From positions 1-57,928 of IMG/VR virus record IMGVR_UViG_3300009002_000002: 57,928 nucleotides of DNA. The stretch is one strand, 5' to 3'. Shown one piece after another: positions 29,901-39,400 of the stretch. Source of the DNA: a virus. Taxonomy: Duplodnaviria; Caudoviricetes. Each line of letters opens with the position of its first letter. The first letter of the stretch is position 1. The notes below the pieces were generated by a model. It worked only from the letters and a program-made list of their open reading frames with translations, was not told where the DNA came from and ran no database searches. The position numbers and the translations under genes were made by a program.

Positions 29901-31525
29901 CTACCATTAGTGCCAGTATTAGCATCATTACTACTTGGACCAAAGTCAGGTACATTGTATGTTATAGTATTACCAGTAGGTGCAATGTTAGCCGGGTAAG
30001 TGCCTGTTCCAGTTTCTGTAACAGTAACATAGTAAGCCCAGAAATGCTTCTTAACTTCTATAAATGCGTCAAGTCTGCCTTCGGTAGAATTTCTTGCTCC
30101 ATATTCTGTATTAGCAGTTATTAGTTGAGGTTCAAAATCGTCATCACCAGAAGTGCCAGTTCCATTGAATGCCGCAACAATGATGTCTTGTAGAGCATCT
30201 AACTTAGTTTTACCGGCAGCGGTGAATCCTATAGTAGTACCTGCCGCGGCAGGTATGGTGCCGCTATAGCTTCCTGTTGAACTACTGCTTATGTTTGAGG
30301 TTGCTAAATTATACAGTTTGCCTGTAGTGAATATACTTAAAAGTCTCTGATGTAAAGGGCTTTCAAATAAACTGATCTTAGGAAACTTACCCACTTTCGT
30401 AGCTTCCCAGTTACTTATTGCTGAGCCGTTACCGTCAGACAATGCAAAGTTTGTTGTATTCCACTTAACATGAGCAACAGACTCGTTACTATTGGCTGTG
30501 TCCGAATATTCAAGATCGAGCAACATGAAATCGATCCAGTAGTCTAGATCACGCTTACATTTTTTCTCCATGTCTGCGGCAGTAAAGCCACTAATACCAG
30601 ACAAAGCATTATATGCTGTAGCCAAGTCTGCGTAGTAGCTTGTACCAGCTAAAGCACCGGAGTTGGTGCCATCTGAGAGAGTTACTCCACCATTCTCAAC
30701 CGTGTTAGTGTCTCCACTATAATGTCTTTCATTTTCAGCAAGAACATTCTCTACTATCGCATATCTATTTTCAATCAGAACTTGTCGATCAGTAACATAA
30801 AATCCTTCAGTAGAAGCTTCTGTTTCACTTGCTCCTTGACCTATAGCCTTATAATCGTCTGTCTGTGTTGCAGATACTGTACCTGGTGTTGCTCTTGAAT
30901 CGCCACTTCTTAAAACAGTTGTGCTTGCGACACCAAATGGAGTTACAGGGAAGTTTGCAACAGATTGTGTTCTACGAACACACGAGAAGTTGTCGCCTTG
31001 ACCGTTGTTTCGAGTTTCCCAATAGTAACCGTCATACTTGTCGTAAATACCATACTTACGAATAGCAGGATTTCTAGCAAACTCAGCAACACTCACAGAA
31101 CTTCTAATACCAAATGTAGCCGCTGATACACGACCTGGCTGATATCTAAAGAATCTTTTTGATGTTAGTACAGAAACTTTATTACGAGAAGCTTCTACTA
31201 AAGCACCAGCTTCTGTAGGAAGATGCTTTACACCATCACCAGTAACATGATACTCAGGAGACATTGACCATTCTGTCGGGTTAACATCATAAGTGTTTAC
31301 ATCAGCAAAGATACCTAGAGCAACTTCTGCTCTTGGAATACCTAGAAGCGATAGCGCAACCTCCGACTGTACTTTATTTTGCTCTTCTACTGGAATTGCA
31401 GTCTGATCAGAGGCCATTACTACGGGTATTGACTTATCCGCTGTCTGCGCTCCAGGAGATACAGGAGTGGTTCTACCTACATTTACTACGCTTGAATTTT
31501 GGTTTACATTAGTTATGCTTGACAT
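26996..31525 (-). CDS. Large virion structural protein, paralog B (1509 aa), with two KCxRD helical repeats
   Basis: Same conserved blocks as 23273..26992, plus KCKRDLDYWID and KCQRDVGYIIDGYKNDLSGGGN. Confidence 0.8.
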   Translation of the reverse strand: MSSITNVNQNSSVVNVGRTTPVSPGAQTADKSIPVVMASDQTAIPVEEQNKVQSEVALSLLGIPRAEVALGIFADVNTYDVNPTEWSMSPEYHVTGDGVKHLPTEAGALVEASRNKVSVLTSKRFFRYQPGRVSAATFGIRSSVSVAEFARNPAIRKYGIYDKYDGYYWETRNNGQGDNFSCVRRTQSVANFPVTPFGVASTTVLRSGDSRATPGTVSATQTDDYKAIGQGASETEASTEGFYVTDRQVLIENRYAIVENVLAENERHYSGDTNTVENGGVTLSDGTNSGALAGTSYYADLATAYNALSGISGFTAADMEKKCKRDLDYWIDFMLLDLEYSDTANSNESVAHVKWNTTNFALSDGNGSAISNWEATKVGKFPKISLFESPLHQRLLSIFTTGKLYNLATSNISSSSTGSYSGTIPAAAGTTIGFTAAGKTKLDALQDIIVAAFNGTGTSGDDDFEPQLITANTEYGARNSTEGRLDAFIEVKKHFWAYYVTVTETGTGTYPANIAPTGNTITYNVPDFGPSSNDANTGTNGSTGADTGTGLHYLTTLDDAEVQKFIQNKCQRDVGYIIDGYKNDLSGGGNAETTYNCQMFFRGTGLSVYSQQKTDSGNPYISEIDRHQLLQSIMLKDLKSAGYSATSSTYLNLNTLSDKVVNNFKIENKESGTVGNRGFAGNLVAMRDGLIHTHAAVYDPSLLKESKKIKVSVIPGATPATDAATFRLSSGSVTYGQHIKLSWSNSSPASVDSVANGAVCRVARILNPKATEFVLTKITDNTVVSVTAAQAGTRESISSGTTVVSAVAPSVGSFFIETVVPFMFPNDYNLPAINNTAFTSEIMTSKATTDFAATLGDGTITGQRIFKSTTVSNMGSVPKGPVFPYMYSADDNLLSSGIDDNNTIGFINTALAPTVGTNVDTIRSHIDNVNFYPEYVNWIKNNVKPEYYGVYEYRVPRSRFSHDTLDGRKATGTTAYQYPEDTVSAETGKGIRNRVYSDVATGSAGTVRPGENFTNASGVQESTDSVYDFDFTKVTMLKIEFSWYGAVGALFLAYVPVSNGEARWVRVHHLRASNQLKIASLGNATLPITYTTYGGGSLYCGGDGEDATSAQTDQGYGTISHNIVKYGASYYIDGGDRGTVRLYSYNNATQMGALGKKFSITGSAVDGKTGAYETNQTLGGLTVPSLIHNAAHTPSGGSITHTDARFFIGASIKTNSDLDQNVRVVWAEPTTGRLFLNKGLSDNAVANIKIMPDRAATVYGLETKKVILSTREGNAVRNRVQVYPTKLSTNNSSSATDTVRLRFKKTPIFQTQVTPNTTGSEFRLTSEYTIDNTNTELPFTDNATHPYLQNGEKIYGWFRGRIAAQGITAFGELSKEGDKYYFEMLETFEGTVTLTISEDFLPDLRFLKTGEPTTAVTKSSTTIEGLSSLNIATDPVVPIPDTGTNVATLYLRKGTEQFDLGTYFDYNKEYLSFPLTDIADSLYFAVDSDTAAVVADEDPISLGVTWEEQ

Positions 31526-31534
31526 TTGTTTTCC

Positions 31535-34500
31535 CTATTTAATGAGCCCTTGTGCAATCACAAAGTCGTCAACTGTATTTATTGTTCCTGTGCCGTTAGT
31601 TCCCTTAATAAGATTGGTTCCTAGTGCGCCTTCACCATCACCGTCTGCGGCTGGAGAATTAGCATCTCCCAATAGATTATAAAAAGTTAAGAATACATTT
31701 TTCTTAGTGGGCTCACCGGTAATAGTTTGTATATCTGTTATTTGTGCATATATTGGATTACCTGACACAGCACCACCAGAAATAGTAAACCCAGTGTGAG
31801 CATTTAGTTCTATTTCCATGCCTTCTGTGATATTTATAGGATTATTGACAACCATTCTATACTGAGGACTGTTCTTTAAACTAGTGTCATTTAAAGTAAA
31901 ACCACCTGTCACCGTCGTGGGCGAAGCGCCTGCTTTATACACATACCAGGCACCAGATGCAATAGTTCCTATTGAAGCAAAGTATCTATAGCTTGCTGAC
32001 CAAGCTACGCCTAAGTGTTTAGATCCTGTTGGATAACCAGCAGTGCCAACTTTTGCGTCATACTTCTGCTGTAGTTGTGAAGGAGAAAATACGCCTGTGT
32101 ATAGAAGAGCCTTATTGATATCAGTAAGTTTAAACTGGAATTCACCTAAAGCCCTTTCTTCAGGAGTCTTACCAACATCTGTAATGATTGGAGAAACTTG
32201 GTTATTAAGGCCAGCAAAGTCTTCTGCGCTTACTATTCCATTAGTGCCTGTTACTGCCGTACCATTATATTTGAAGTATTCTCCTACCATGCCAATTTTA
32301 GCGCCTATAGAAGTCCAGTTCATACTAGTGCCAACATTTTTAATTATATAACGCTTGTTCAATACAAGAGGTATACTAGGAGCAGGAACGATTTGTAATG
32401 TACCCGAACCCTGACTGCTAAGTCCTTGCAGACTAGCGAATGTGCTAGGAGCTGTGTAAGAATCATATAACTCGACTTCATTACCTATAACTTTAGCAAA
32501 ATAATCTCCGTCTGTGCTAGTGCCTAACGCATTCGAGCCGGTGGCTAGTCTTATTCTAGAGCCATTAGGTATTGTATAATCAGTTATAGTAATACGATTA
32601 GTTCCTGTATTTACATTACTATTTACAAATGACATTGAAGGACCTGTTTGAATATCCACTACATTAGGTCCTGCATCTACAGCATATGGTAAAGTTGATC
32701 CGTTACTCAACTGCTGTATGAGATTTAATCTGTAGACTAATTCTCCATCAACAGTGCTTATAGAAGTCTTAGTTAAATTGAATGCTTCTCCATTTTCTTG
32801 ATATGCATGAGTACTGCTCAAATATTCACCTGCATCAATAAATCTATCAAGAGGAATATTGATAGAATCGTATTCCGTATTTAATATATCTGGACTAGAC
32901 AAGAATTCATTTGCCGCACCTATAAGAACATTAGGTGAAGATACCATGAATGTAGAACCAGCAATGAGTAGGCCTGAACCACAAGCTTTAACAATATTGT
33001 TAGCGGCCATGCCTTCTGTCGTAACAGAGAGGTCTACAGAATCTGTATAATTTTCAAACCTACTAGAAGTAACTATAGTAGATATTCCATCTGACGCATA
33101 AAGAGGGTTAAATACATTAACATCACTCACGCCACTATTTCTAATTTCGCTAGTGCTAATTCTTAAATTTTTAGGACTATTTGCATATATTCCACCACCA
33201 ATAACATTCAAGACTCGACATCTATCTAACAGTAAGTCATTAGGAGAAGTGCCGAAATCTAAAATATAATTTAATGAATTGTCTGTTCCATCATTGACAA
33301 GACACTGGCTTGTTAAGCTTCCATCGAAGTCTACTCCATATATTGAAATAGTTGTAGAGTTAGTAATCGTTTGCGACTTGATAAGAGAGTTGTCTTGATT
33401 ATCTCCGTTCATTTGTGACCAAGGTAGCTTCTTAATTTTAGTGATGTTAGCTGTTCCCACAATACCAAAGTTATCTGGAACCGAAAGATGTGATGCCACA
33501 TATGTTTTACCATTTAGCGTAATACTCTTATTTCCTGAAGACGATCTAGACTGAATCGACTCATTGATCTTAGATGTATCGTTGTGTGCAATTTGTACAG
33601 AGTGTGGAGAAGCGTTACAATAAACTTGTGTTGTTGTGTCTGTTGCACTATCGCCTAATGTGATGTCGAAGTAGCTTGCTCGCACATCAATAGACTTAAT
33701 CGAAACATCTATCCATCCTCTTTGAGCAACCGAATGCTCAGTTAAAGGAAAATGTGTTATCGCAGAATAAGTGTTATCTGTAGAATTTTTTCCACTCCAA
33801 GAAGTATAGTCGAAGAGGTGGTAGTCTTGCCATAATCCGCCATCAAAGCTTTTAGGTCCTAGTACTGCTAGTAGTTTGAATGTGCCGCCATCAATTGATC
33901 TATATACGACAATACCCTGATTAGTGCCAGCACTCATACCAGTAAATTTAATGAAATTATCTGTGTTAAATCTGGGCAAAGGATCTGTATAGGTACTGCC
34001 ACCATCGGCAGTATATCTGATAACCTTCGTTGATGCAGAGCCCAAAGCTCCTATTCTACCATCTTTAAGATCGAAATATGCAAACTTATAAGCCAAAGTT
34101 TTATTGTTAGCTGTATTGCCTGCTATGTCTTCGCTAAATCCAGATTGACCTTGAACTGTAAGAGTAGGAGTAGGATTTCCTACTATAGCCGTTGTTGAAT
34201 CTGAAGCTCCATATATTCTTAGATTTTGTCCTACAGAGAAGTTCTTGCTTAAGGTAGCGTTCGATACTCGTATAACACTAGAGAGATCATTGGCGACACC
34301 CTGAAAAACACCAGAGACATCTACTAGACTATCAATAACAACACCTCCATCAAAAGTGTCGCTAAATTGATTAAATAGTCCTGGGAATTTAGCAGTAACT
34401 CTACTATCTGCTCTAGTATCTGTGTAGTATAAGTTGCTTATGCCTTCTTCGAGGTGATCTGTATTAGGAGTTATGGAAGTAGAGCCTGTACCAGTAACTA

Positions 34501-34891
34501 ATATTTTATTCTGTGTCGTATCAAACGAGATGAAGTTGCCAGAGTTAGCGAAGCCAGTTAGATCAGTAGGAATTGTCGGCGGATTTGAAATATTTGTATA
34601 GTCTACGAAGTATGCGCCATCTCGATATGATCCATTGTAATACAATCCTCCAGCATTTAGAGAATTACTCAAGCTAGGAGTAGAACTATTTACAGCGTTT
34701 AGCTTAGTTATGATATTAGTAGCTTTCGATTCTATGTTCGCATCAGAAAGAACTGCATCTGTAACATTACCAAATGTTATCTTGGATGATGTTGAATTAG
34801 ATATGTCAGTTACAGCAAACAAATCTCCAGAACTAATTCCGGCTGCCGTTATTGATGTTAACTCACTTATCTTCTTTGTGTTATCTGGCAT
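31535..34891 (-). CDS. Tail fibre/tailspike-like protein with putative parallel beta-helix (1118 aa)
   Basis: Fibre-type KKISELT start and TDHLEEGISNLYYTDTRA motif; pectin-lyase-like entry HNDTSKINESI...ITLNGKTY followed by beta-helix-like rungs (IYGVDFDG, CRVLNVIGGGIY). Confidence 0.65.
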   Translation of the reverse strand: MPDNTKKISELTSITAAGISSGDLFAVTDISNSTSSKITFGNVTDAVLSDANIESKATNIITKLNAVNSSTPSLSNSLNAGGLYYNGSYRDGAYFVDYTNISNPPTIPTDLTGFANSGNFISFDTTQNKILVTGTGSTSITPNTDHLEEGISNLYYTDTRADSRVTAKFPGLFNQFSDTFDGGVVIDSLVDVSGVFQGVANDLSSVIRVSNATLSKNFSVGQNLRIYGASDSTTAIVGNPTPTLTVQGQSGFSEDIAGNTANNKTLAYKFAYFDLKDGRIGALGSASTKVIRYTADGGSTYTDPLPRFNTDNFIKFTGMSAGTNQGIVVYRSIDGGTFKLLAVLGPKSFDGGLWQDYHLFDYTSWSGKNSTDNTYSAITHFPLTEHSVAQRGWIDVSIKSIDVRASYFDITLGDSATDTTTQVYCNASPHSVQIAHNDTSKINESIQSRSSSGNKSITLNGKTYVASHLSVPDNFGIVGTANITKIKKLPWSQMNGDNQDNSLIKSQTITNSTTISIYGVDFDGSLTSQCLVNDGTDNSLNYILDFGTSPNDLLLDRCRVLNVIGGGIYANSPKNLRISTSEIRNSGVSDVNVFNPLYASDGISTIVTSSRFENYTDSVDLSVTTEGMAANNIVKACGSGLLIAGSTFMVSSPNVLIGAANEFLSSPDILNTEYDSINIPLDRFIDAGEYLSSTHAYQENGEAFNLTKTSISTVDGELVYRLNLIQQLSNGSTLPYAVDAGPNVVDIQTGPSMSFVNSNVNTGTNRITITDYTIPNGSRIRLATGSNALGTSTDGDYFAKVIGNEVELYDSYTAPSTFASLQGLSSQGSGTLQIVPAPSIPLVLNKRYIIKNVGTSMNWTSIGAKIGMVGEYFKYNGTAVTGTNGIVSAEDFAGLNNQVSPIITDVGKTPEERALGEFQFKLTDINKALLYTGVFSPSQLQQKYDAKVGTAGYPTGSKHLGVAWSASYRYFASIGTIASGAWYVYKAGASPTTVTGGFTLNDTSLKNSPQYRMVVNNPINITEGMEIELNAHTGFTISGGAVSGNPIYAQITDIQTITGEPTKKNVFLTFYNLLGDANSPAADGDGEGALGTNLIKGTNGTGTINTVDDFVIAQGLIK

Positions 34892-34913
34892 TTTCTTTTT
34901 TCCTTACCTTTAA

Positions 34914-36299
34914 TTAGTCTGCTAGTCTTTCCCAGATGTAAACTACAGCACTTCTATTAAGAATGTTCATGGCAGTGCCGCTACCTGTATTTGATGTTCT
35001 AGTACTGTTATTAGTGTTCTTGTTGAGATGGTCTAAACAATCTCCAGAACTTACATTATAATTTTGTCCCCCAAAGAATATACTAGTTCCTTCTGTTCTA
35101 ATGTTGGTGTCGTGCTGATGGCTAGGCATCTGAGATACGGTCTGAGTTATATGGTTTGAACCAGAAGTTGATGGAACACTTGTGGCACTAAATAGTGCTA
35201 CTTTTCTTGAGGAGTCACCACTGGTCACTGAAGAAGCCCTAGAGATTTTAATTTGGTTAGATGTTGACTCTGTAACTTCGAAGTTACCATTTCCACCAGC
35301 ACCGAAGCCTGTAAGGGAGACTCTATCTCCTACAGAAAACCCATGAGTAGATACGCTGAAATTGAGTGTGGTAATGCCTGCAGATGCTGAAGCACTTGAG
35401 ATAGCCATGCCTTCATCAAAACCAACAACTGATCTACCTTCTGCAAATCTTGCCCAATTGCCTGGTAAACCAAGACTAGTAGGAGTGCTATTCGCTGTAG
35501 TGTAATACAATGAGCCAACTGGATAAACAGCATTCAGTACTTGAGTCACAGCAGTAGCGTTTAGAGAATTTGTTATTGATGCTGTTCCTGTAACATTACC
35601 TGTTATAGTGCCTGTTACACCTAATGTGCCAGCAATTGTCGCATTGCCAGTGCCTGTAATTGTAGTAAAACCACCTGCAGCCTTTACGCTTGCGCCAATT
35701 GTTGTGCCGTCAATGTTACCACCGTTGATATCGACACTAGTGAATGCCCCTGTAGATGCCGTGTTTGCTCCAATAGCAGTGCCATCAATAGCACCTCCAT
35801 TGATGTCTACAGTGCCAAATGTTGCTGTTTGATTAGATGTTAGTGTTCCAGTCAACGAAACATTCGCAGGCAACATGGCATTACTTATTTTAAGACCACT
35901 CGATGTTGTGATTCCAGAAGCGGCAATAGTAAAAGTTCTAGTTCCGTCTCCTATCACAAAAGCAGTTTGTGAAGCTGATGTGGCAACTGACCAAGTATTC
36001 GTACCACTTTCTTTAAACTGTAGTTTAGCTTCACCCGTTGAGTTAACAGTTAATGTATCTGTGTTTTCTATCTCGCCAGCAAAAGTAACTTTTCCACCAG
36101 ACACTGGAGAAATGTTGTTTGTAGTTAAAACATTACCAGTATTTACTAGTGAAAAGTTTCCAGTAAGCGACACATTTCCAGTATTATTTGCATCAATCGT
36201 TACAGCAGTGTCTGCAAAGCTAATAAGAGCGTTAGTTTTAGCTACCCACTCCGAAAATGTATTAGAATTTGAAATTGTAGGTGTTAAGTTTATACTCAT
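34914..36299 (-). CDS. Baseplate gp10-like / short tail fibre protein
   Basis: C-terminal VYPVGSLYY...PGNWARFAEGRSVVG...QMPSHQH...VYIWER resembles T4 gp10 C-terminal/collar domains; N-terminal NTFSEWVAKTN fibre motif. Confidence 0.65.
   Translation of the reverse strand: MSINLTPTISNSNTFSEWVAKTNALISFADTAVTIDANNTGNVSLTGNFSLVNTGNVLTTNNISPVSGGKVTFAGEIENTDTLTVNSTGEAKLQFKESGTNTWSVATSASQTAFVIGDGTRTFTIAASGITTSSGLKISNAMLPANVSLTGTLTSNQTATFGTVDINGGAIDGTAIGANTASTGAFTSVDINGGNIDGTTIGASVKAAGGFTTITGTGNATIAGTLGVTGTITGNVTGTASITNSLNATAVTQVLNAVYPVGSLYYTTANSTPTSLGLPGNWARFAEGRSVVGFDEGMAISSASASAGITTLNFSVSTHGFSVGDRVSLTGFGAGGNGNFEVTESTSNQIKISRASSVTSGDSSRKVALFSATSVPSTSGSNHITQTVSQMPSHQHDTNIRTEGTSIFFGGQNYNVSSGDCLDHLNKNTNNSTRTSNTGSGTAMNILNRSAVVYIWERLAD
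35660..35815 (-). repeat. Tandem 25-aa (75-nt) fibre shaft repeat x2
   Basis: TVDINGGAIDGTAIGANTASTGAFT / SVDINGGNIDGTTIGASVKAAGGFT; coordinates approximate. Confidence 0.8.
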
Positions 36300-36487
36300 G
36301 TTGTTATCTCTTTAACAGTTTTTTCTAAAAGCGTCATTGCCGACTCTAGTTTACAGAGTCTCTGCTCTAATCCTCTGATGTATTTATCTTGTTCTCTTTT
36401 AGCTATCGCTTGATGATAAGCCGCTCTATCGGTGCTCACAACACCCGATCCACTATTTGACCTAGATAAAGCTTCTGATTTGATCAT
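36296..36487 (-). CDS. Small coiled-coil hypothetical protein (63 aa)
   Basis: 4-nt ATGA overlaps with both neighbours (translational coupling); heptad-like C-terminus. Confidence 0.75.
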   Translation of the reverse strand: MIKSEALSRSNSGSGVVSTDRAAYHQAIAKREQDKYIRGLEQRLCKLESAMTLLEKTVKEITT

Positions 36488-39400
36488 GTCAATGCTATCG
36501 CTCTGTAATCAAAAATGTGCGGGAACAAGTTGATGTCGGGAGTTATTCCACTTAATTCTGGAGTATTTAACTCAGTAATACTATTTGCTCCATGTCGCAT
36601 TACAAACTTTAATTGGAAAGTCTTATATTTTGTATGTACATCATAAGGCGCAGTCGTAAGTTCTTCGTCAAAGTTGTATTCAAACTCTCTATAATCTCTC
36701 GTATTACTAGTATTCGAATATAAATCCGGACTATCGTTTCTAAGCTGTAGCCAAGGTCCTTGCTCTTCAACATTTTCAGGATAAACAAATCTTCCGTAAA
36801 CATCAATAAGTGTGCCTGCTGGTCTGTATGCCGCTAGATACACTCTCATGCCTACAGCGTCTAAGTCTTCTTCTAGAATAACTTCTTTAGTGATCCAAGA
36901 AGAACTTGTCGATTCTGTATCAGTAATTCTATATTGATATGCAAACAGTTCTGATATTTTTGAATCGATGATCGGTGATGCAGAGGTTAATCCATTATTA
37001 GACAGATCAATTTTAATTTTAAAGTCTTCTGCTACAGAGTTGCTTACCATATAACTCTTACTCATAATAGTTCTAAGATTATTAGGAGTATATACATTAG
37101 ACCTTCTGTCGATACTTTTATCTACTACACCGTTCTGTTTTAATAGCGAAAGCGAAGTAGATGTATTTATCGAATCGCTGATGTAAACTTGTGTCTGGAA
37201 GTAACTAATCTTCTCATTTGTTACAGCAGAAATTTTAGCAGTAGCGCCACTATCTGCGCCTCTAATAACTTGATCGTTAGGTCTAGCTGTGCCAGGTCCA
37301 GTGTTGAATGTACCTCCGGCAACGAACTGATATCCTACAGTAGGTGTTACACTATCGGGAACACCTGCTAAACGCCAGTGAGCAGTTGTTGTAGTAGGAC
37401 TTCCTAAATCTACAATTGTATAAGTCGTACCAGCTTGTAGATTTCCTATAGTAACAACAGGACTATCATCTAGATAATTTGTCGATGATGCACTACTTTC
37501 TTTCAAGAATATTTTATCGGGCTTTCTAGAATTAAAGTGAGAAACTTTACCCGCTACACATAATGTTGCAGTAGCAGAAGTAGTAGTTTCAAAATAAGAT
37601 GTATCTAGTGTAAATACTTTAGTTGTTGATAAAGTATCAACATTCAGCACCTTACCTACAACAAACTCTGTACCAGTATTGTTTTCTATATGTAGATAAT
37701 CTCCTTGAGATATTCCTGGTGTTCCTTGAATAGTAATTACATTTTTCTCATTTCCTGAAACACTAACAGTAAAGATTTCAGTCTTTTTAACATATGCTAT
37801 TTCATCTAATTCAAAGTTGAGCGTAGTATCACGAACTGATAGGAACTCAAGATCATTAGGAGATAGATTAACTGAAGCCGCTGAAGTCGAGAAATCATAT
37901 CGATTTATATTAAACTTAATATCTTCGTCTTGATAAGATTTCCAAGCACTATCGTTTGTAGAGGTAAACAGTACACCATCGCCCCAATCGTTAGTAACTG
38001 CTACTGAAGATGCGACAGTTCCTTTTGATAGGCTAGTCTCTCCGACTTTAGAAGTATAGATCAAATAATCAGGAGAGTTTGCGTCAGGAATAACAACAAA
38101 TGCGTACTCGGTGTCAGCATTAAGTCTAACAGGATTATCGAATGTAAACTTAGTTGAGGTGATGCCCGTTGCACTAACACCAACTTGTGAAGAGTTTAAA
38201 TGTTTACTTGCGAAAGGCAATACTCTCTTAGAAGGATATCCGTTCTCAACCTCTCGAATCTGTAATGTAACACCTGTAGTGGAACTCTTCTGCTTGAAGT
38301 ATACATCGATGTCGCTGATTAAAGCAATGTTAGCATCATTGGTACTAGAAGCTTTTACTTTGAAAGTTTGTGCAATAGGATCACCAACTTGTCTCTGGAT
38401 CTCTCGTGTCACAATATCAACTTTAGTATCGAAGTCTACAGTCCGTGTAGTCATGCTCACATCGCTCTTATTGACTGCGAAGTTATAGCCTCTATAAGTT
38501 GCTCTAGCATATGAAGTAGAAGCTGAGTCTATACTTGAGTATTGATCAACATCAACAATCTCAAGAACATTCTCTCCTACAAAGAATGTTTCAGCAGGTA
38601 TAACGAATACAGCAGACAGTGTTCCATTTGCGTCACTTCTTACGACTGAACCCTTACCGATTCCGCTTGCTGTTGAGTGCCACTGTCCAGTTGAAACCTG
38701 ACTCACATCTAAAGTTGAACTGTTACTTAACCCAAATGGTATGACTGGTCCAGGAGCAACATGAGCATCAACAGACTTCTGATCAAAGAAGAAGTAGTGA
38801 CGAGTACTAGGCCTCAAACCTGTGATGAGAACCTTAATAGTTTTTCTTCTCAAGTAAGGCTTCATGTTTACATCTGTAACAAAGTTGCCTATTGCCTGAT
38901 TAATATCGCTTGTAGAACTTGTCAAGCTAGTCTGTTCAATAGTTTGCTCAAACTGACCCATGATAACTCTTCGTCTAGGTCTAGTTGTGCCTATTCGCTC
39001 TTCCGAAATAATTTCTTCGCTAGTCAAAGGCATAATTTCTTGAATTGTATCAACTAAGTCTAACATAGGTCCAGCAATATCTATTTCGATATTGATTTCA
39101 GGATTTTTAGTAACATCATATCCAGAATCGAATGGAGGATCAATTATTGCCTTGCCATCATAGCTATAGAAGTTAGAAACACAGTTTCTAAATGTAGTTG
39201 CATAAGGCTGACTTATAACTTCTACATTTGTACCTGTACTTGCGATAGTCACTACATCAGGGAATGAAAGTTGTACACCTGTTCCAGAATCTACTTTAAG
39301 GTCTAAAGGAAACTGTGTGACAGAAGGAGAAACTACAGTTCTACCTTTGTCAAGAGTAGCCTTAAATGACGAATCTGAAATCTCTGCTAAATTTAAGTCT

